A program made the position numbers and the translations under genes. Positions 59,398 through 64,000 of a DNA stretch of 64,000 nt are shown here, piece after piece. Location: assembly GCA_963663385.2 (NCBI GenBank), contig CAXXXD010000002.1:448001-512000 (forward strand), in the 5' to 3' direction. Origin of the DNA: Oceanispirochaeta sp. (lineage in GTDB: Bacteria; Spirochaetota; Spirochaetia; DSM-2461). How positions within the stretch are numbered: the first letter of the stretch is position 1; each line of letters opens with the position of its first letter. Below the pieces are notes generated by a model. That model was not told the origin of the DNA. It searched no databases and saw only the letters and a program-made list of their open reading frames with translations.

Positions 59398-60468
59398 ATG
59401 GAATTAAAGGTAGATAGAACAATCAGTATCCCTCCCTATCAGCAAATTGTCAGACAGATCCGGGAACGGATTGTCAGCGGTGAGCTGGAAGAGCATGCGT
59501 CTCTTCCTTCGGCCAGGGAGGTTGTTCAAAAAACAGGCGTGTCTCTGGCTACGGCTCAACGGGTACTAAACGAGCTGAAAAACGAAGGACTCATATACAG
59601 TCTGCCCGGCAAGGGGAGTTTTGCTTCTCCCAAAAAGGACAGCCTTCCTTCGGTGATACATATCTTTCTTCCTTCATCAAGACTCTCTTTCTTTATGGAA
59701 ATACTGAACGGGATCTATGACGTTTTAAGCGATAAAAGCATCGAGCTTAAGATGCACAGCCTAAACACGGATAAACTGGTCTGGAACTGGAAAACGATTG
59801 AGGATCTGGAAGAGGCCGTAAGGAATCAGGAGGCGGTCATCTTTATCGAAGAAGCTTTTGATTCTGTGCGGACAACCTGTTTACGGGCAGCCAGGCAGAT
59901 CCCTTTTGTAGCCGTGGAGTGGATGCTCGACGGAGCCTGTTCCGTTATCAATGATTATGAAGAGTCTACCCGCAATCTGATGTCTTATCTTAAAAAGGAG
60001 AAACACTGTGAATCCTTTCTGATTCTGAAAGGCCGGGATTACCAGTACAACGCCTCCATGAAGATGGCCGGGGTTCAGGACTTTGCCCGCAGTTCCGGTC
60101 TGGTGGAAGGAAAGAACCTTTTCTATATGGATACGGACTTTGATGCCTTTTCCGGCTATGAATCGGTAAATGCTTTTCTGAAGGATAACGATGTTCCCGA
60201 TGCAATCTGTTGTGCCAACGATTATGAAGCCATAGGAGTGGTCGGTGCTTTGACGGAGAACGGCTATCTCCCAGGAAAGGACGTACAGCTGGTCGGTTAT
60301 GGGGATATGACGGATAAAACAACCATCTATTTCCCCCTGACAACTGTAAAACAGAACCTGGAGATGATGGGCCGCAGGGCCGTGGAACTCCTTCTGGAAA
60401 AAGCTGCGGGAAACGCTGTGCCTTCTGTTGAAATTGTACAGACTGATCTGATTGTCCGGAAAACCTGA
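59398..60468 (+). CDS. GntR-HTH / LacI-type ligand-binding transcriptional regulator
   Basis: 'PPYQQIVRQIRERI..G....LPS', 'GKGSF'; C-terminal 'CANDYEAIG', 'LTTVKQ'. Confidence 0.92.
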   Translation: MELKVDRTISIPPYQQIVRQIRERIVSGELEEHASLPSAREVVQKTGVSLATAQRVLNELKNEGLIYSLPGKGSFASPKKDSLPSVIHIFLPSSRLSFFMEILNGIYDVLSDKSIELKMHSLNTDKLVWNWKTIEDLEEAVRNQEAVIFIEEAFDSVRTTCLRAARQIPFVAVEWMLDGACSVINDYEESTRNLMSYLKKEKHCESFLILKGRDYQYNASMKMAGVQDFARSSGLVEGKNLFYMDTDFDAFSGYESVNAFLKDNDVPDAICCANDYEAIGVVGALTENGYLPGKDVQLVGYGDMTDKTTIYFPLTTVKQNLEMMGRRAVELLLEKAAGNAVPSVEIVQTDLIVRKT

Positions 60469-60576
60469 CCGACCCGCCTCTTTCCATCTCTTCCTCTTTT
60501 CTCATTCTTAAATTCACAGGTTAGCTCCAATTCTATTTTTTCGTTAATGACTTATCCATTGCCTCTGATTTCTCAA

Positions 60577-60620
60577 TTGACAAATATTGCTCTTCGTTAT
60601 ATTCTAGTGTTCTAGAACAC
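60577..60620 (+). promoter_or_regulatory. Promoter TTGACA-17-TATTCT with perfect palindromic operator GTGTTCTAGAACAC
   Basis: Palindrome at 60607-60620 immediately downstream of the -10 box. Confidence 0.8.
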
Positions 60621-60663
60621 ATAAAAAATGGCACACTAAAACAGATTCGGAGGATAGAGGACA

Positions 60664-62166
60664 ATGGCTAGATATATACTGAGCGTGGATTTGGGAACGA
60701 CCAGTACGAAAACCGTTCTTTTTGATGAGAAACTGAAGGTGAAAGCTTCTGCAAAGGCAGAGTATCCTACTATATTCCCCCGCCAGGGATGGGCTGAGCA
60801 GGATGCGGAGCACTGGTGGGACGCCCTGATCTCTACTACAGCGGAAATCCTGAAGGAGAGCGCCGTTGATCCTTCGGAAATTGTCGGGGTAGGGGTGGAT
60901 TCCATGTCCAGTATGGCTCTGCCTGTGGATAAAGGGGGCAAACCCCTCAGAAACGGTCTTCTCTGGCTTGACCGGAGAGCCGAACAGGAATCCGCCTGGA
61001 TACGGGAAAACTACCGGGATTTACAGATTCGTATAAACAGTAATGATTCGGATCCTTCCAATTTTGCGCCCAAAATTCTCTGGATAAAAAATAACGAACC
61101 CGAAATCTATGAAAAAACGGATAAGTTCCTTCACTGCAACGGGTACCTGAACTACCGTCTGACCGGAAAAATGACAATGGATATTTCCGAATCGGGTATG
61201 TCCCAGCTCTGCGATATCCGGACGGGACAGTGGTCGGACGAGCTGATCCGGGCCAGCGGCATCAACCGGTCAAAACTGCCTGAAATATCTCTCTGTACAG
61301 ATATCATCGGAACGGTTACTGCCGAAGCAGCGGCTCAGACAGGCCTGAAAGAGGGAACTCCCGTTATTGCCGGAGCTATGGATAATGTCTCCGCCACTCT
61401 GGGACTGGGGCTGCGTAAAGACGGGCAGGCCTATATCTCCGCGGGAACAGCAACCAATGCGGGAGTCTGTGCTTCTTCCGTTCCCGCCGATCCCGGTATG
61501 CTCAACTATCATCACGGTGTCCCCGGACTCTACCTGGTAAACGGGGGAGTGGATTACGGGGGGGCAGGGCTTCGCTGGTTTAAAGCGCTAATCGAAGAGG
61601 AGCGTTTTGAAGTGATTGACCGTCTGGCCGGGGAATCGGGTTATCTGGATGATGTGCTTCTTTATCTGCCCTATATGATCGGACAGCGGGCTCCCCTCTG
61701 GGATCCCCATTCCAGAGCCGTCGCTTTCGGTATGAATCCGGATACCGACCGGAAAGCTATGATTCGAATGGTTATGGAAGGGATCGCTCTTGGTGTTAGG
61801 AACGTTTTCCAGATGATGGAAAACGACGGATATGCCGTTGAAGATATTGTAATGACCGGGGGGTGTGCCAACAGTCCCGTATGGACACAGATTTTTGCGG
61901 ACATCCTGGGCAAGCCTGTCATCCTTCCGGGAGAGATGGATGTAGCCCCTCTGGGAACAGCCATTATGACTGCTGTCGGCGTGGGGCTATACCCCGACTT
62001 TGATGCCGCCCTGGACGTTCTGACCGTACGGGCTTCCCATGATCCGGATAGAGAGAAGGGAGGGTATTACGATGCTCTTTTTAAGGCATTTGTCAATTTA
62101 TATAAGGCTGTCGGCCCGGTCTACAGGGAACTGGATGATATCAGGACAGAATTCCAGGGGAAGTAA
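60664..62166 (+). CDS. FGGY family carbohydrate kinase (xylulokinase-like)
   Basis: 'VDLGTTSTK', 'WAEQD', 'WLDRRA', 'YLPYMIGQRAP.WD', 'GGCANS..WTQIFAD'. Confidence 0.93.
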   Translation: MARYILSVDLGTTSTKTVLFDEKLKVKASAKAEYPTIFPRQGWAEQDAEHWWDALISTTAEILKESAVDPSEIVGVGVDSMSSMALPVDKGGKPLRNGLLWLDRRAEQESAWIRENYRDLQIRINSNDSDPSNFAPKILWIKNNEPEIYEKTDKFLHCNGYLNYRLTGKMTMDISESGMSQLCDIRTGQWSDELIRASGINRSKLPEISLCTDIIGTVTAEAAAQTGLKEGTPVIAGAMDNVSATLGLGLRKDGQAYISAGTATNAGVCASSVPADPGMLNYHHGVPGLYLVNGGVDYGGAGLRWFKALIEEERFEVIDRLAGESGYLDDVLLYLPYMIGQRAPLWDPHSRAVAFGMNPDTDRKAMIRMVMEGIALGVRNVFQMMENDGYAVEDIVMTGGCANSPVWTQIFADILGKPVILPGEMDVAPLGTAIMTAVGVGLYPDFDAALDVLTVRASHDPDREKGGYYDALFKAFVNLYKAVGPVYRELDDIRTEFQGK

Positions 62167-62276
62167 GTACCGGAAATCAAGTACTAAAGTAACTTACGGT
62201 TTTTTGAATTCTTATTGAGAATTACAGATACAGGAGGAATGATAAAAAGTCTTCATAGGCTTGTGGATTGATACAA

Positions 62277-62434
62277 TGTTCTAAACATCGTTTAGAACAG
62301 CCAGGTTACTGTTCGCCATTTTTACTGGTCTCCGAGACCGTACAGGAGAATGAAGAGCCGTGACCGAAACATTCAATGGTCTTCGAGACCGGATAGGAGA
62401 ATGGAATCAATTCACCGTACAGGCGCTGTTTTAG
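62277..62434 (+). ncRNA. Putative IS110 bridge RNA
   Basis: 10-bp hairpin 62277-62299, then two repeated GGTCT-N3-AGACC hairpins flanked by segments matching the target and donor junctions; boundaries approximate. Confidence 0.7.
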
Positions 62435-62451
62435 GCAATAGGAGCGAAGGT

Positions 62452-63564
62452 ATGAAGATGAGTATCGGAGTGGATCTGCACAAATCCCAGTTAACAGTCT
62501 GTTTCCTGAGTGATGATAGAAGCATTTGTGAATCAGGAATGTATCCGACCTCTGAGGACGGTTACAGAGCATTTCTTGAGAAAGCAGTGTCCTATACAGA
62601 AGAGGGCCTTGATGTTAGGGCTGCAGTGGAATCAACAGGAAATGCCCGGTTCTTCCGTAACAAGCTATTGCTAGCAGGGATTGAGGTGGTGGTTGTGAAT
62701 ACACTGAAATTCAAAGTTGTAAATGAATCAGTGAAAAAGACGGATAAGCATGATGCCAGAACTCTAGCAGAGTTCTTGGAAAAAGATATGCTTCCCGAAT
62801 CACAGCTTTGTTCTCAGGAGAGTGAGGATATCCGTAGAGTTCTTAAATCCAGAACTATCCTTGTTAAATCAGTCGTATCTTTGAAGAATCAGGTTCACGG
62901 ACTGCTTCTAGGGTATGGAATTGAAACAAAAAGAGCTGCGCTGCAGAGTAAAAAAGAAAGGCAGCGCATCCTCATCGGTCTCGTGGACCATAGGAGTTTC
63001 GGAAGCGCTGCCAAAGCGATAGAACCGCTGCTTTCTACGATAGATCAGGTTTCGAACCAGGTCAAGCAGTTAGAGATAGTCCTGCTGGAACTTGTAAAGG
63101 AAGATGAGGATGTACAGTTATTGCAGACGATCCCGGGAGTCGGATTGATAACGGCATCGACTATTAGGGCCTATACGGATGATATCAAGCGGTACGCCAG
63201 TGCCAAGAAGTATTCGGCTTATGCCGGTCTTGTACCATGGGTGCAGAACTCCAATGAGACGATTCATCATGGGCATATAACAAAGAGAGGGGCTGTAGAA
63301 CTGAGAACGGCATTTGTTCAGTGTGTTATGGGAATGGTTAGAACTCGGAAAACGACTGGCAATTACCGTATCATGACGAAGTACAGAGCGATGAAGAAGA
63401 ACAAGGGCAGCGGCACGAGTATTATCGCCTCTGCAAGAAAGATGAGTACGGTAGTGTACTCCATATTGAAAACCCGTGAACCCTTTGATCCGTTGAAGAT
63501 GGTTCCGGATGATAAGTACTTGAAGATGCAGGCGGCTGCATTCAATGCCGTAAAAACTGGGTAA
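62452..63564 (+). CDS. IS110 family DEDD recombinase/transposase
   Basis: 'IGVDLHK', 'AVESTG', 'KKTDKHDA'; C-terminal 'TIPGVG', 'YAGLVP..QNS', 'HITKRG'; GGAG 7 nt before ATG 62452. Confidence 0.95.
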   Translation: MKMSIGVDLHKSQLTVCFLSDDRSICESGMYPTSEDGYRAFLEKAVSYTEEGLDVRAAVESTGNARFFRNKLLLAGIEVVVVNTLKFKVVNESVKKTDKHDARTLAEFLEKDMLPESQLCSQESEDIRRVLKSRTILVKSVVSLKNQVHGLLLGYGIETKRAALQSKKERQRILIGLVDHRSFGSAAKAIEPLLSTIDQVSNQVKQLEIVLLELVKEDEDVQLLQTIPGVGLITASTIRAYTDDIKRYASAKKYSAYAGLVPWVQNSNETIHHGHITKRGAVELRTAFVQCVMGMVRTRKTTGNYRIMTKYRAMKKNKGSGTSIIASARKMSTVVYSILKTREPFDPLKMVPDDKYLKMQAAAFNAVKTG

Positions 63565-63625
63565 TCCGGTTCAATTGTAAGCTTGTTAATAGGCTTATGA
63601 TTGACTTTTTATAGGAGTAAAAAAT

Positions 63626-64000
63626 ATGAAAGCAGCCGTATTATACGGAGATAACGACATCCGCTTTGAAGAGTGGGAAAAGCCCTCAGCCGGTCCCGGC
63701 GAGGTTCTTGTTAAAGTAAAAGAGTCCGGTTTGTGCGGTTCTGATATCCCCCGGACCATACACAGCGGTGCTCACTTCTATCCCATCGTTCTGGGGCATG
63801 AGTTTTCCGGTGAAATCGTAGAAGTCGGCGAAGGTGTAACCGCCAGAAGTGTGGGTGACAGAATTGCCTGTGTTCCCCTTATTCCAGACAGGAACGATCC
63901 CCAGAGCCAGAAGGGAAACTACTCCCTCAGCAAGGGTTACAAGTTTATCGGTTCCCGGGTTCAGGGGGGATGGGCGGAATATGTTTCCATGCCCTGGGAG
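63626..64000 (+). CDS. Zn-dependent polyol dehydrogenase (galactitol-1-P / sorbitol dehydrogenase-like); runs off the window
   Basis: Manual translation MKAAVLYGDNDIRFEE...SGLCGSDIPR...YPIVLGHEFSGEIVEVGEGV. Confidence 0.9.
   Translation, partial: MKAAVLYGDNDIRFEEWEKPSAGPGEVLVKVKESGLCGSDIPRTIHSGAHFYPIVLGHEFSGEIVEVGEGVTARSVGDRIACVPLIPDRNDPQSQKGNYSLSKGYKFIGSRVQGGWAEYVSMPWE

Larger units (their letters stand above)
62237..63617 (+). mobile_element. IS110-family insertion sequence with a 5' non-coding end and sub-terminal inverted repeats
   Basis: ATAAAAAGTC (62242-62251) / GACTTTTTAT (63603-63612) inverted repeats; AGGAG at both junctions; DEDD recombinase inside. Confidence 0.85.

Noticed and set aside
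62326..62406. Two ~29-nt direct repeats as a mini CRISPR array
   Set aside because: Only two imperfect units, no cas genes, and they lie inside an IS110 end where bridge-RNA loops explain them
62350..62451. Upstream ATG starts for the IS110 transposase
   Set aside because: The extension runs through the structured RNA region; the DEDD domain begins at MKMSIGVD, which has its own SD

Overview
64 kb of a bacterial chromosome, probably an anaerobic free-living spirochaete (Spirochaetales-like). The assignment is inferred from lipoprotein-type 'ANGQQE'/'AGGQAEG' signal peptides, MCP style and S21 sequence. Contents in order: a truncated glycyl-radical activating enzyme with a DeoR regulator, an orphan HTH-ABC ATPase fusion, an MCP with an extra C-terminal V4R-like domain, YfcC plus an M20 peptidase, an AAA/DUF4143 gene, an AT-richer inositol uptake/catabolism block, two tandem degenerate Cache sensor kinases, a Crp/Fnr-linked redox/Fe-S ATPase/NifX cluster, lon, recO, a RAYT transposase, pdp, recJ, rpsU, a metal ABC operon, PreP, a frameshifted xanthine-dehydrogenase-family operon and a GntR-regulated sugar operon interrupted by an IS110 element. 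Highlights: (i) a complete IS110 whose 5' non-coding region carries bridge-RNA-like loops with guide segments matching its own insertion site, which is the Shine-Dalgarno sequence of the downstream gene, plus a third similar loop inside the recombinase CDS; (ii) a stand-alone bacterial histone (Bd0055-like); (iii) rpsU, missed by the ORF track, apparently starting at ATC. I recognised no tRNA, rRNA or CRISPR array. All family assignments come from motif recognition, not database searches.
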